Source: Clostridiales bacterium
GTDB taxonomy: Bacteria; Bacillota; Clostridia; Christensenellales; UBA1242
Assembly: GCA_003522085.1 (NCBI GenBank)
Contig: DPGI01000005.1
Coordinates: forward strand, 63,044 to 127,043
Length of the DNA: 64,000 nucleotides
Direction of reading: 5' to 3'
Part shown: piece by piece, positions 1 through 9,115 of the stretch
Layout of the letters: each line of letters starts with the position of its first letter
Numbering within the stretch: position 1 is the first letter of the stretch
Program-made: the position numbers and the translations under genes
The notes under the pieces: model-generated
What the model saw: the letters and a program-made list of their open reading frames with translations, nothing else
What the model was told of the DNA's origin: nothing
Databases searched by the model: none

Positions 1-1
1 T

Positions 2-661
2 GGAAGAAATCAAATTAGACCTATAATCAACACAAATCCCACTATTGTGGTTGGTCCAACGGGAGCGCAAGGTCCGATTGGCCCACAAGGTATACAAGGT
101 CCAGTAGGCCCAGCAGGTCCAGTAGGAGCAACGGGTCCACAAGGCCCAGTAGGAGCAACGGGTCCACAAGGACCAGTAGGAGCAACGGGCCCACAAGGCG
201 CACAAGGCCCAGCAGGACCAGTAGGAGCGACAGGACCACAAGGGCCACAAGGTCCAACAGGTCCAGCGCTAAACGAAAATGCTACAATTTATAATGCAGC
301 ATCGCAGTCGCTGACAAGTGGAACAGCCGTTTCGTTGCCAACAGTTTTAACAAACAATTCGCTTACGACAACCACTGCAAACACAATTACAGTGCCTTCT
401 GCAGGAGCATATCAAATTTCTTATACTACTTCCGTTGCCACAGGAGCAGTGTCTGGCGACAATGTTGCGATTGCGGTAAATGGGGTTGTTCAAACTCCAA
501 CTCAAAGATCGCTTTCGACAACACAGGGCGTTAGTGCAACTTATGTATTAAACCTTTCTGCAAACGATGCAATCACAATCGTTCCAACAGTTACTGGCGC
601 CACAACGCTGACGAACACAGGCGAACCTAGTGCGACATTGACAGTTATACGCGTTGGTTAA
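2..661 (+). CDS. collagen-like triple-helix repeat protein with BclA/C1q-like C-terminal domain (5' end probably outside the window)
   Basis: The frame is open from the window edge; the ORF track starts at GTG 47. There are 24 uninterrupted G-X-Y triplets (GPQ/GPV/GAT), then a ~130-aa T/S/V-rich beta-type domain like exosporium BclA proteins. A terminator follows. Confidence 0.75.
   Translation, partial: GRNQIRPIINTNPTIVVGPTGAQGPIGPQGIQGPVGPAGPVGATGPQGPVGATGPQGPVGATGPQGAQGPAGPVGATGPQGPQGPTGPALNENATIYNAASQSLTSGTAVSLPTVLTNNSLTTTTANTITVPSAGAYQISYTTSVATGAVSGDNVAIAVNGVVQTPTQRSLSTTQGVSATYVLNLSANDAITIVPTVTGATTLTNTGEPSATLTVIRVG
119..199 (+). repeat. 27-bp tandem repeat x3 (coding, PVGATGPQG unit) inside the collagen-like gene
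   Basis: Units at 119-145, 146-172 and 173-199 differ by 1-2 nt (ccagtaggagcaacgggtccacaaggc). A degenerate fourth copy lies near 217-243. Confidence 0.85.
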
Positions 662-673
662 AAAATAAAAAAA

Positions 674-703
674 GAAAACGAGCAGATTTATGCTCGTTTT
701 TTA
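674..703 (+). terminator. rho-independent terminator of the collagen-like gene
   Basis: Stem acgagca (678-684) pairs with tgctcgt (691-697) around a 6-nt loop. A T-run follows at 698-702 and an A-run precedes the stem. Confidence 0.8.
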
Positions 704-857
704 TTGTTTAAGCATATATAATCATTTGCGGACGGCGAAAGAGAAGAAAAAATTAAAATTTATAATTTTAAAAGGTTGAAATTGTAAGTAAAAACATTTC
801 ACATTTTCAATTTTTTATTTTATAATTAAAGTGTAAGTATAGATAAGGAGAATACGT

Positions 858-1808
858 GTGGACAGCATAATCGAAGTTGACAACCTAACAAAAGACTACG
901 GTTTTGGCCGCGGCGTTTTTGACGTTTCATTTAAAGTAGGCAAAGGCGAAGTCTTTGGCTTTTTAGGGCCAAATGGAGCGGGAAAATCAACCACAATTCG
1001 CCACTTGATGGGCTTTTCAAAGCCGGATAAGGGTCAAACAAAAATTTTTGGCAAACCAACTTTTGACCGATATTATGAAATCTTAAACCATGTGGGCTAT
1101 ATTCCGGGCGAAATTGCTCTGCCACAAGGCCTTACTGGCATAGAATTTTTACATATGATGCAATCGCTGCAAAAAATTCACAATGAGCAGCGCCTAAACG
1201 AACTTTTGGATCTTTTCCAACTAGACAGTGTGACATTAAAGGGCGAAACAAAGCGCATGAGCCTTGGCGTAAAGCGTAAACTTGCCATAGTCGCCGCATT
1301 TATGAGTGATCCTGAAGTGTTAATTCTCGACGAGCCAACCAGCGGGCTTGATCCAGTGATGCAAGAAGTATTTATTGAATTTATCAAAAAAGAAAAAGAA
1401 CGTGGCAAAACAATTTTGCTTTCCAGCCACATTTTCACCGAAGTAGACGCCACTTGCGACCGCATCGCAATAATCAAAGACGGCAGAATCGTATCGGAGT
1501 TTATAGCAAACGATTTAAAACACGCAAAAACAAAATTCTATCAAATTGAGTTTGAAAGCAAAAAGGATTATGAAGATTTTTGCTCAGCCAATCGCAAAAG
1601 CAAAATAATGAAAATACTTAATATAAATGACGAACAAAATCAACTTATGATTTCTACACATGACGACAAAATCAACGAAGTGGTCGACCAACTTTCAAAT
1701 TACAAGATTGCCGAATTTACTAATATTAAAGAAACGCTTGAAGACTATTTTATGAAGTTTTATAAAGAAGACAAAAACTTTGGAGGAGTTCAATGGAAAA
1801 AGAAATAA
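858..1808 (+). CDS. ABC transporter ATP-binding protein (ABC-2 type, NBD 1 of 2)
   Basis: Walker A GPNGAGKST, Walker B LILDEPTSGLD and H-loop SSHIF are present. The start is GTG with RBS aaggag 846-851. The gene overlaps the next one by 16 nt. Confidence 0.9.
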   Translation: MDSIIEVDNLTKDYGFGRGVFDVSFKVGKGEVFGFLGPNGAGKSTTIRHLMGFSKPDKGQTKIFGKPTFDRYYEILNHVGYIPGEIALPQGLTGIEFLHMMQSLQKIHNEQRLNELLDLFQLDSVTLKGETKRMSLGVKRKLAIVAAFMSDPEVLILDEPTSGLDPVMQEVFIEFIKKEKERGKTILLSSHIFTEVDATCDRIAIIKDGRIVSEFIANDLKHAKTKFYQIEFESKKDYEDFCSANRKSKIMKILNINDEQNQLMISTHDDKINEVVDQLSNYKIAEFTNIKETLEDYFMKFYKEDKNFGGVQWKKK

Positions 1809-2743
1809 AAGTTGTTGCGCCTCAAAGCGAAGAATATCCAATCATAATCGACAATCTGACCAAAGACTATGGTCAAGGTCGCGGAGTGTTCAACATCAAC
1901 CTTAAAATCAAAAAAGGTGAAATGATGGGCTTTGTCGGAACAAATGGTTCTGGGAAAACTACAACAATCCGCAATTTACTGGGCTATATTAAGCCAACCA
2001 GTGGGCAGTGCATGGTTCTCGGCAAAGAATCGTGGACGCACGCCAGCGAAATCGCCAGCCACGTCGGTTATGTGCCAGGCGAAATAGGTTTTCCGGATTT
2101 GCCGACCGGCACAGCATTCATTAAAAGTCAAGCAGATTTTTTTGGAATTAAAGATTTAAGTTATGCAAATTCGCTGATAAAACAACTTCAACTTGACCCA
2201 CGTGCAAATTTAAAGCGTATGAGTAAAGGCATGAAACAAAAAACCGCACTTGTGGCAGCACTTATGAACAATGCTGAAATTTTGATTTTAGACGAACCAA
2301 CCACAGGTCTTGACCCTCTTATGCGAGATGCGTTCATAAGCATAATCAAAGAAGAGCATAAAAAGGGTAAAACTATATTTATGTCCAGCCATATGTTCAA
2401 CGAAATGGAAGACACGTGCGACCGAGTTGCACTTATAAACAACGGACATATAATTGACGTCGTCGATATGAACGACATTCATAATCGCAAAGTTAAAGAT
2501 TTTAAGATTGAATTTAAAAATGAAAACGATTACAAAACATTCAAAAAGTTACGATACAAAGTAATAAGAGACCAACAGCAATACAATCAAGTTACAATCT
2601 CTATTTCAAACAAACAAATAAACAAATTATTTAAAGACTTGAAAGCATTTGATGTGAAATTCATATCTGAAGTAAAATACACACTCGAAAAGCATTTTAG
2701 AGAGGTTTTAAAAAAGCAAAAGGAGGAGAAAAACAATGTTTAG
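1793..2743 (+). CDS. ABC transporter ATP-binding protein (ABC-2 type, NBD 2 of 2)
   Basis: Walker A GTNGSGKTT, Walker B LILDEPTTGLD and H-loop SSHMF are present. RBS ggagg lies upstream. The gene overlaps the permease gene by 8 nt. Confidence 0.9.
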   Translation: MEKEIKVVAPQSEEYPIIIDNLTKDYGQGRGVFNINLKIKKGEMMGFVGTNGSGKTTTIRNLLGYIKPTSGQCMVLGKESWTHASEIASHVGYVPGEIGFPDLPTGTAFIKSQADFFGIKDLSYANSLIKQLQLDPRANLKRMSKGMKQKTALVAALMNNAEILILDEPTTGLDPLMRDAFISIIKEEHKKGKTIFMSSHMFNEMEDTCDRVALINNGHIIDVVDMNDIHNRKVKDFKIEFKNENDYKTFKKLRYKVIRDQQQYNQVTISISNKQINKLFKDLKAFDVKFISEVKYTLEKHFREVLKKQKEEKNNV

Positions 2744-4358
2744 CAGAGCACTATTCAAACAGTCATGCAAAGCCAATGGCTTAATGTGGGCGATAATAAC
2801 GTTCGCCGTATGCTTTATGCTTGCCTGTGTAATGATGATCGCAGGCGGAGGCAACATTGGCACAATCCGTTCAGGCATAACAAACACAATCATAGAAAGT
2901 TCGGTTGAAGCGCAAGCCAAAACACGTGCGTCAACATATTACAGCATAGTTACTCCGGGATTAAAACAATTTGACGAAACATTTGCGGCAGCATACGCTC
3001 AAAAATACACCGAAATCAAAACAGCTGACCCAAGCGTGCCAGATGAGACAGCATCAGCACAAGCGGGAGCATATGCGCTCAGCACAGGAGTAGGTGTGGT
3101 CAACGTTTATATCAATGACGTTTGCACAAAAAACGGATACGAAGACGGCAGCGTTGAAAAGCAAGAGCTTCAAGGTCTTATGTTTGCGTGCTTTAATCTT
3201 GACATGAATGGCGACGGAACAGCAGATTTCGATTATTTCTATGATGCATATGGAGCAGACGTTAAGCCATACACAACACTACTTTCAACAGTTTCAAGCC
3301 CAAATCGTGACACTGAGCGAAAAGAATATGCCCGCAATTATTGCAGTGTGTTCTTTGCTGGCAATATGGTGAGTGAAGACAACGTTGACAAATTGGTTGT
3401 ACAACTTGAAAAATTTAAAATATCAAAAGAAGGTTATCAAAATCTTACTTACACAAACAAAGCTGGTGAGGAAGTATCAAAATACACAGGCACAAGCGGC
3501 TATTTGTATATTAAAGACCTTGCCACAGACACAATCGTAACACTCCAAGCGCGACTTGATTATGAAATCGCTAAAATCGAAACAACCGACCCAGTCGAAT
3601 ATCAAAAAGAAGTAGCGCGCATCACAAATGAAATCATAGCCGAAAACGGCAAAACATTCCTTTCATCTCTTCCAGAAGATGTGTCGACATCTCTTCAAGA
3701 GGTAGGACAGCTTGATATTTTTGGAATGATAACCGGTTCAGTATATTTCAAAATGGCAGGCTTGTTGCTTCCAATCATCTACATCATCATGGTTTCAAAC
3801 AACTTAATAGCAGGTCAAGTCGATACAGGTTCAATGGCATATGTGCTTTCAACATCAACAAAAAGAAAACAAGTTACCTTCACACAATCAATCTATTTAA
3901 TTCTTTCACTTTTTGTTATGTTTGCGTGCGTAACAATAACGGGAATGGTGTGTCTAGCGTGTCTAAACAGTTCGATGGTTACAGTTTCATATTACGAGCT
4001 CGGCATGCTCAGTCTTGGCGCGTTTATAACACTGTTTGCAATGAGTGGAATCTCATTCTTGGCATCATGCTGGTTCAACCGAAGCAAGCATTCAATGAGT
4101 ATAGGCGGAGGCATCAATATGTTCTTCCTTGTCGCCACAATGCTCGGCTTGTTTGGCAGTAAAGTGCTCCCATCAATCGTGCGTCTCAATTCGCTTAATT
4201 TCTTCAATTATTGCTCAATAATTTCGCTGTTTGACGAAGTTTCAATTTTGGAGGGAACGACAACATTTGCTTGGAAACTTGCCATCTTAGCCGTTATCGG
4301 CATAGTATGCTATATCGTCGGCGCAATCAAGTTTGAAAAGAAAGACTTGCCACTATAA
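2736..4358 (+). CDS. ABC-2 family permease with a large (~300 aa) extracytoplasmic domain
   Basis: One N-terminal TM is followed by a long hydrophilic domain and a C-terminal cluster of ~5 TM helices. The gene is translationally coupled to the two NBD genes, with RBS aaggagg. Confidence 0.7.
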   Translation: MFSRALFKQSCKANGLMWAIITFAVCFMLACVMMIAGGGNIGTIRSGITNTIIESSVEAQAKTRASTYYSIVTPGLKQFDETFAAAYAQKYTEIKTADPSVPDETASAQAGAYALSTGVGVVNVYINDVCTKNGYEDGSVEKQELQGLMFACFNLDMNGDGTADFDYFYDAYGADVKPYTTLLSTVSSPNRDTERKEYARNYCSVFFAGNMVSEDNVDKLVVQLEKFKISKEGYQNLTYTNKAGEEVSKYTGTSGYLYIKDLATDTIVTLQARLDYEIAKIETTDPVEYQKEVARITNEIIAENGKTFLSSLPEDVSTSLQEVGQLDIFGMITGSVYFKMAGLLLPIIYIIMVSNNLIAGQVDTGSMAYVLSTSTKRKQVTFTQSIYLILSLFVMFACVTITGMVCLACLNSSMVTVSYYELGMLSLGAFITLFAMSGISFLASCWFNRSKHSMSIGGGINMFFLVATMLGLFGSKVLPSIVRLNSLNFFNYCSIISLFDEVSILEGTTTFAWKLAILAVIGIVCYIVGAIKFEKKDLPL

Positions 4359-4420
4359 AGCGCGACGCTAAAAAATAAATATTTAAAATGCAATAAAGAA
4401 AGCGCTTAACACACAACACG

Positions 4421-4448
4421 AAAAAACAGGCAGACACCTGTTTTTTTG
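4421..4448 (+). terminator. rho-independent terminator of the ABC operon
   Basis: Stem aacagg (4425-4430) pairs with cctgtt (4437-4442), followed by a T-run. Confidence 0.8.
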
Positions 4449-4529
4449 TTGAAATTTTTGCAGCAAATCAAAATAAATTGACTTTTTTTTAGTAATGATT
4501 ATTATATAAGTATATTTTTAGGAGAATTT

Positions 4530-6533
4530 ATGGAAAATTTTGTTAGACCAAGACCAGTATTTCCAAAACGTGCCGTAATTACAGCAGGCATGCCATATGG
4601 CAACAAATTATTGCATTATGGTCATGTGGGCATGGCGGTGAGAGCGGATATTTTTGCTCGTTTTATGCGTGATAGAATCGGAAAAGACAACGTAATATTT
4701 GTTTCAGGTACAGACTGTTATGGTTCGCCAGCAGTTGAATCCTATCGCAAACTTAAAGAAAACGGACAAATCACAAACGAAACGATCCAACAATACATCG
4801 AAAAAAATCATCTTGCTCAGGCGCAAATTTTTAAGGATTATGAAGTAGGTTTCAACCTTTATGGTGCGTCAGCACTTGGCAGAAGTGGACAAATTCACAA
4901 CCAAACAAGTGAAGAGTTTATTGACGCTTTAAACAATGCGGGAATGGTCAGCAAACATAGTTCGCTTCAATTTTACGACACAACTTTTAAAACACTGTTA
5001 AACGGCAGACAAGTTGTCGGCAAATGCCCAATTCAAGGCTGCCAAAGCGAAAAAGGATATGCCGACGAATGCGGCCTTGGTCACCAATATCTTCCACAAG
5101 ACCTTATCGACCCAGTCAGCACGCTCTCTGGCAAACGCCCTGAACTTGTAAAAATCGAAAACCTTTATTTCAATCTCGAACAATGCACGCCGCTTCTTGA
5201 AGAGTGGATTTCATCAATAGAAAGACAGCCAGACACAGCGTCGTTTATGGTTAAAGAAATCAAAGAATTTTTCAAAAAACCAGAAGTTTACATCAAGCGC
5301 GAATACTTTGCAAAACTTGATGAAATCAAAAATCAACTTCCACACTTCCAGCAAGCCGAAATTGGCGAAAAAACGCCAAGCACAACCATAGTGTTTGACA
5401 CTTTGGCAGATCGTGAAAAAGCGTGTGAAATTCTCGCTGCAAACTCAATCCGCTATCGCACAGGCAAAACGTTGACTCCATTCCGCCTTACAGGCGACAT
5501 CCAATGGGGAGTCCCATGCAAAGAAATTCAAGGCGTAAAAAATCAAACCTTCTATGTTTGGCCTGAAAGTTTGTGGGCTCCAATATCGTTCACAAAAACC
5601 TATCTCGAACAAATTGGTGCACCAAAAGACGAATGGAAGAAATATTGGTGCAGCAAAGATGCTCAGGTTTATCAGTTCTTAGGTGAGGACAACCTTTATT
5701 TCTATGGTCCAGCGCAACAAGCAATGTTCATGGCAACGCAAGGCAAAAATTTCAAATTTGATGCACCGGAGGGTCAACTTCAAATCACCAAAATTTGCCC
5801 AATCAAATCAATTCTTTACATGAATTCAAAAGCAAGTTCGTCAGGCGCATTAAAGCCACCAATGGCAACTGAATTTTTGAATTACTACACGCCAGAACAA
5901 TTCAGAATGCACTTTATGGCAATGAATCTTTCAAACAACAATGTCAGCCTAAGCCCAAAAGCGTTTGATAAAGACGCCGATCCAAACGCTGTCGACCCAA
6001 TGGTGCTTGAAGGCAACTTGCTTACAAACGTCTACAATCGAGTGCTTAGATCAGTGTTTTACTCAATGCAAAATGGCTTTTCTTCAACAATTCCAAACGA
6101 AACAGTAGACCAAGAAATTTTGGATAGTTGCAAAAAAACAATCTTAGACGTTGAAATGTTTATGGCAAACAAAAAGCTTCATCAAGTCTACAACGCAATC
6201 GACGTGTTTATCAGAAATATAAACAAGTATTGGGTAAAAGAGTCAGCTGCAGCAGTCGATGAAAAACAAAAGGCAAAACTTATTGTAAACACTTTGCAAA
6301 TGATAGTCACAGCGGACATCTTGCTGCACCCAGTTGTTCCATCGGGGGCAGAAAAAGTAGCGGCAATGCTTGGTCTTGACGCAAACAAAACTTTTAATTG
6401 GGACAATATTTTCAAGCCATTCCAAACAATGCTTGATGTGGCAAAAGGCGGAAAGATAGTTGAAATAAAAGAAAAGGAAGACTTTTTCAAACGTCATCCA
6501 TGGCAACTCGAACAACTTGCAAAACAAAACTAG
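4530..6533 (+). CDS. metG: methionine--tRNA ligase-like class I aminoacyl-tRNA synthetase (divergent)
   Basis: It has the N-terminal PYGNKLLHYGH (HIGH-type) motif, a TDCYGSP motif, and a knuckle insertion CPIQGC...ADECGLGH like E. coli-type MetRS. The KMSKS position reads MNSKASSSG. RBS is aggag. Confidence 0.65.
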   Translation: MENFVRPRPVFPKRAVITAGMPYGNKLLHYGHVGMAVRADIFARFMRDRIGKDNVIFVSGTDCYGSPAVESYRKLKENGQITNETIQQYIEKNHLAQAQIFKDYEVGFNLYGASALGRSGQIHNQTSEEFIDALNNAGMVSKHSSLQFYDTTFKTLLNGRQVVGKCPIQGCQSEKGYADECGLGHQYLPQDLIDPVSTLSGKRPELVKIENLYFNLEQCTPLLEEWISSIERQPDTASFMVKEIKEFFKKPEVYIKREYFAKLDEIKNQLPHFQQAEIGEKTPSTTIVFDTLADREKACEILAANSIRYRTGKTLTPFRLTGDIQWGVPCKEIQGVKNQTFYVWPESLWAPISFTKTYLEQIGAPKDEWKKYWCSKDAQVYQFLGEDNLYFYGPAQQAMFMATQGKNFKFDAPEGQLQITKICPIKSILYMNSKASSSGALKPPMATEFLNYYTPEQFRMHFMAMNLSNNNVSLSPKAFDKDADPNAVDPMVLEGNLLTNVYNRVLRSVFYSMQNGFSSTIPNETVDQEILDSCKKTILDVEMFMANKKLHQVYNAIDVFIRNINKYWVKESAAAVDEKQKAKLIVNTLQMIVTADILLHPVVPSGAEKVAAMLGLDANKTFNWDNIFKPFQTMLDVAKGGKIVEIKEKEDFFKRHPWQLEQLAKQN

Positions 6534-6555
6534 CATAAACTTATTATATAAAAAA

Positions 6556-6592
6556 ATACACGAACTATCAAAACTAGTCCGTGTATTTTTTT
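6556..6592. terminator. bidirectional hairpin terminator between metG and the (displaced) tRNA-Leu 3' half
   Basis: Arms atacacgaac (6556-6565) and gtccgtgtat (6577-6586) pair at 9/10 positions. The loop is 11 nt. The hairpin is flanked by an A-run and a T-run. Confidence 0.75.
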
Positions 6593-6595
6593 GTG

Positions 6596-6650
6596 TGGTG
6601 CCGGTGGTCGGGGTCGAACCGACACTTGGTTGCCCAAACGAGATTTTGAG
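6596..6650 (-). repeat. truncated copy of the tRNA-Leu(CAA) 3' half (att-like direct repeat, left end of island)
   Basis: These 55 nt are identical to 14603-14657. They cover the CCA end, T arm, variable arm and 3' anticodon stem up to the first anticodon-loop base. No 5' half is present. Confidence 0.9.
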
Positions 6651-6800
6651 GGAGTAATGGATATTCGTTTGGCAATATTTCGGGGTGTTTTCATTACTTA
6701 AAAAATAAAATCTTCTACTTGTGTTATTCTATATTTAGCCAGTATGTAATGGCAAGAAAAGGTATTGAAATCATATGTGAAAGGAATTTTTATAAAAGAC

Positions 6801-6830
6801 TTGACAAATCATCATGAAATTAGGTAAAAT
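6801..6830 (+). promoter_or_regulatory. sigma-A-type promoter of the island operon
   Basis: TTGACA (6801-6806), an 18-nt spacer, then TAAAAT (6825-6830), about 30 nt upstream of the first island gene. Confidence 0.55.
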
Positions 6831-6858
6831 AGACAAAAAGTTAAATGCGTGAGGTTTA

Positions 6859-8133
6859 ATGCGATACAAAGAGGTTAAAGCTTTACAAAATAACATAATA
6901 AAAGATTTTATTGATGATAATAATTTATTCGCAATATTTAAATTGCCAGTAAATATTTTATTTGCTGATAATTTTGTCGCTAATATAAAAAACATGAAAG
7001 ATATTTTTAAACAGAACTGTCTGCGTGAAAATATCTTTTTTTCTTGCAAATGTAATAAAAGTTTTGCCTTCCTTAAAGTGGCTGCTGATTGCGGTTGTGG
7101 TATTGAAGCTTCGTCTAAATTTGAACTTAGAGATGCATTGAAATACACTAAAAAAATAATTGCCACAGGGCCTGGAAAGGACGATGAATATCTTAAATTG
7201 GCGATAGAGAATGAAGTAATAATTTCAGTTGACGACATTGAAGAATTAAAATCAATTGTGAAATTTGATAAACGCGTAAGCGTATTATTACGATGTTCAA
7301 GCAATTGGATAGGAATTCCTAGTCGCTTTGGTATTCAAAAAAATGGAATCGATGATTGCTTAGAATTAATAAAGGATAATCACATTGATTTGTTAGGTTT
7401 TTCTTTTCACATCAATAATTACAATTTAAACGACAGAATTAGAATAGTAAAAGAAATCCTTGATTTAGTTAAAAATAAAAAATTAAGTATTAAAGTTATT
7501 GATATAGGCGGTGGGATTCCTGTAAATTATTGTTCTAAGGAACAGTTCGAGGATTTTATATTAAATAACAAAAAAGAGTTTTACTTTGCTAATAAAAACA
7601 TTAAGAGCTTTTATCCTTATTTTAATAAAGTAGCAGAAAATGAATTTTTAAACAAAATTTTACAGGAAATAAGGAAAGATTTAGGAGACATTGAAATATA
7701 CGCAGAACCTGGTAGGGTTTTGGTTAATAATTGTGGTATCAGTGTTTATAAAGTCGAATATGTGAAAGAAACTCAAGATGGTAATATTGTTGTAGTAAAC
7801 AGTAATATAAACAATTTATCTGAACAGTGGTTTAACACTGATTACCTAATAGAACCCAAATTATATTTAAAAAATCAAACTAACTCGAGGGTTTATTTTG
7901 CTTCTGTGGCAGGTAATTTGTGCTTGGAAAATGATATGGTTACTTGGCGCAAAATTAAATTTTTGCATAAACCTAAATCTGGGGATTTGCTTATATATTA
8001 CAATACAGCAGGTTATCAAATGGATTCCAATGAAAGCATGTTTCATAAAATCCCTTTTGTTGAAAAATATGTTGTCCATAAACAAGATGATATTTATGTG
8101 ATAAGAAAGGATAAAGAATATGATAGGGAATAA
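6859..8133 (+). CDS. PLP-dependent decarboxylase, Orn/DAP/Arg decarboxylase (alanine-racemase fold) family
   Basis: Candidate PLP-lysine motif FFSCKCNKS, glycine loop IDIGGGIP, EPGR, and C-terminal CLENDM, which resembles the active-site Cys region. RBS is gtgagg. Confidence 0.75.
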   Translation: MRYKEVKALQNNIIKDFIDDNNLFAIFKLPVNILFADNFVANIKNMKDIFKQNCLRENIFFSCKCNKSFAFLKVAADCGCGIEASSKFELRDALKYTKKIIATGPGKDDEYLKLAIENEVIISVDDIEELKSIVKFDKRVSVLLRCSSNWIGIPSRFGIQKNGIDDCLELIKDNHIDLLGFSFHINNYNLNDRIRIVKEILDLVKNKKLSIKVIDIGGGIPVNYCSKEQFEDFILNNKKEFYFANKNIKSFYPYFNKVAENEFLNKILQEIRKDLGDIEIYAEPGRVLVNNCGISVYKVEYVKETQDGNIVVVNSNINNLSEQWFNTDYLIEPKLYLKNQTNSRVYFASVAGNLCLENDMVTWRKIKFLHKPKSGDLLIYYNTAGYQMDSNESMFHKIPFVEKYVVHKQDDIYVIRKDKEYDRE

Positions 8134-9115
8134 TATTTTGGATTTAATTGGGCATACCCCTTTATTAAAATTAAACATGAAAATGAACAATTGGAAAATT
8201 TATCTTAAACTTGAAAAGTTTAATCCAGGGCAATCAATGAAAGACAGAATGGCTTTAAATATGATTGAACAAGCAGAAAAACGAGGAGATTTAAAACCAG
8301 GTGGGACGATAATTGAATCATCTTCTGGGAATACGGCTACCGGGTTGGCGATTGTGGCGGCAGTAAAAGGGTATAAGTTCATTGCTGTAGTGGATCATCA
8401 TGCATCAGAGGATAAAATAAAAATTATTAAAGCTTATGGCGGACAAATAGTTATGGTGGGTGATTCAAAAAAAGCAGATGAAGTGGCAGTCGTTGAACGA
8501 GAAAATAAGGCATTGGAACTATCAAAAAAAATCAAGAATTCTTATGTACCAAAGCAACATGAAAATGTCGACAATAGAGGAGCTTACATTGATTCACTTG
8601 CCAAAGAACTAATTGATGAACTTGTGGTAATTGATCTGCTTTATGGTTCAATTGGAACTGGTGGCTCTATATGTGGTACTGCTCTTGGTATGAGAAAATA
8701 TAATTCAAAGTGTAGAATAAATGCTGTTGAACCTGTGGGATCTATTATTTTTGGTGGGAAAGGAGGACCATATTTTCAATCTGGGACAGGGAATCCACCA
8801 GATGCAGAAATTCCACCCATTATTGATTATTCGCTTATTGATAATAATTTTTATGCAAGTGATAAAGAAGCTTTTAATACTTGTAGATATATAGCTAAAA
8901 ACTTCGGCGTTATGTTAGGTGGATCTGGCGGAGGAGTATTATATAAAGCTTTGGAAGATATAAATTCAATGAGTGGCTCAGGCACGGCCGTTGTCATTGT
9001 TTGCGATGGGGGAGAAAAATATTTAGATAGTGTATTCAATGATTGTTGGATGAAACAAAACAATATGCTGGACCCTTCTGTCAATGAAAAATTGAATAAA
9101 TGGTTAAGGAGGTAA
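8120..9115 (+). CDS. PLP-dependent beta-replacement enzyme, cysteine synthase (CysK/SbnA-like) family
   Basis: PLP-lysine motif NPGQSMKDR and SSSGNTATGLA loop, with fold-type II length (331 aa). It overlaps the upstream gene by 14 nt. Confidence 0.8.
   Translation: MIGNNILDLIGHTPLLKLNMKMNNWKIYLKLEKFNPGQSMKDRMALNMIEQAEKRGDLKPGGTIIESSSGNTATGLAIVAAVKGYKFIAVVDHHASEDKIKIIKAYGGQIVMVGDSKKADEVAVVERENKALELSKKIKNSYVPKQHENVDNRGAYIDSLAKELIDELVVIDLLYGSIGTGGSICGTALGMRKYNSKCRINAVEPVGSIIFGGKGGPYFQSGTGNPPDAEIPPIIDYSLIDNNFYASDKEAFNTCRYIAKNFGVMLGGSGGGVLYKALEDINSMSGSGTAVVIVCDGGEKYLDSVFNDCWMKQNNMLDPSVNEKLNKWLRR

Noticed and set aside
119-243. Tandem DNA repeats considered as a possible CRISPR or minisatellite (also 49115-49253)
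   Set aside because: The units are contiguous with no spacers. They are in frame and encode collagen triplets or CPDGNC units. No CRISPR-like repeat-spacer architecture or cas genes occur anywhere in the window.
42-257. 71-aa Leu-rich minus-strand ORF
   Set aside because: It is the antisense reading of the GC-rich collagen G-X-Y repeats. The repeat-driven open frame has no RBS and lies entirely inside a far better plus-strand gene.
4359-4529. T-box or other leader upstream of metG (also tyrS 30710-30718 and valS 34917-34973)
   Set aside because: The regions are too short and lack the T-box sequence and terminator/antiterminator pair. Only the pheST leader (53915-54146) has them.
6771-7304. 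177-aa minus-strand ORF at the left end of the island, checked as a possible integrase remnant
   Set aside because: It overlaps the island promoter and the 5' third of the decarboxylase gene. It is low-complexity (I/F/N/S-rich) as expected from AT-rich antisense DNA, and it has no recombinase motifs (no R..H..R..Y pattern).
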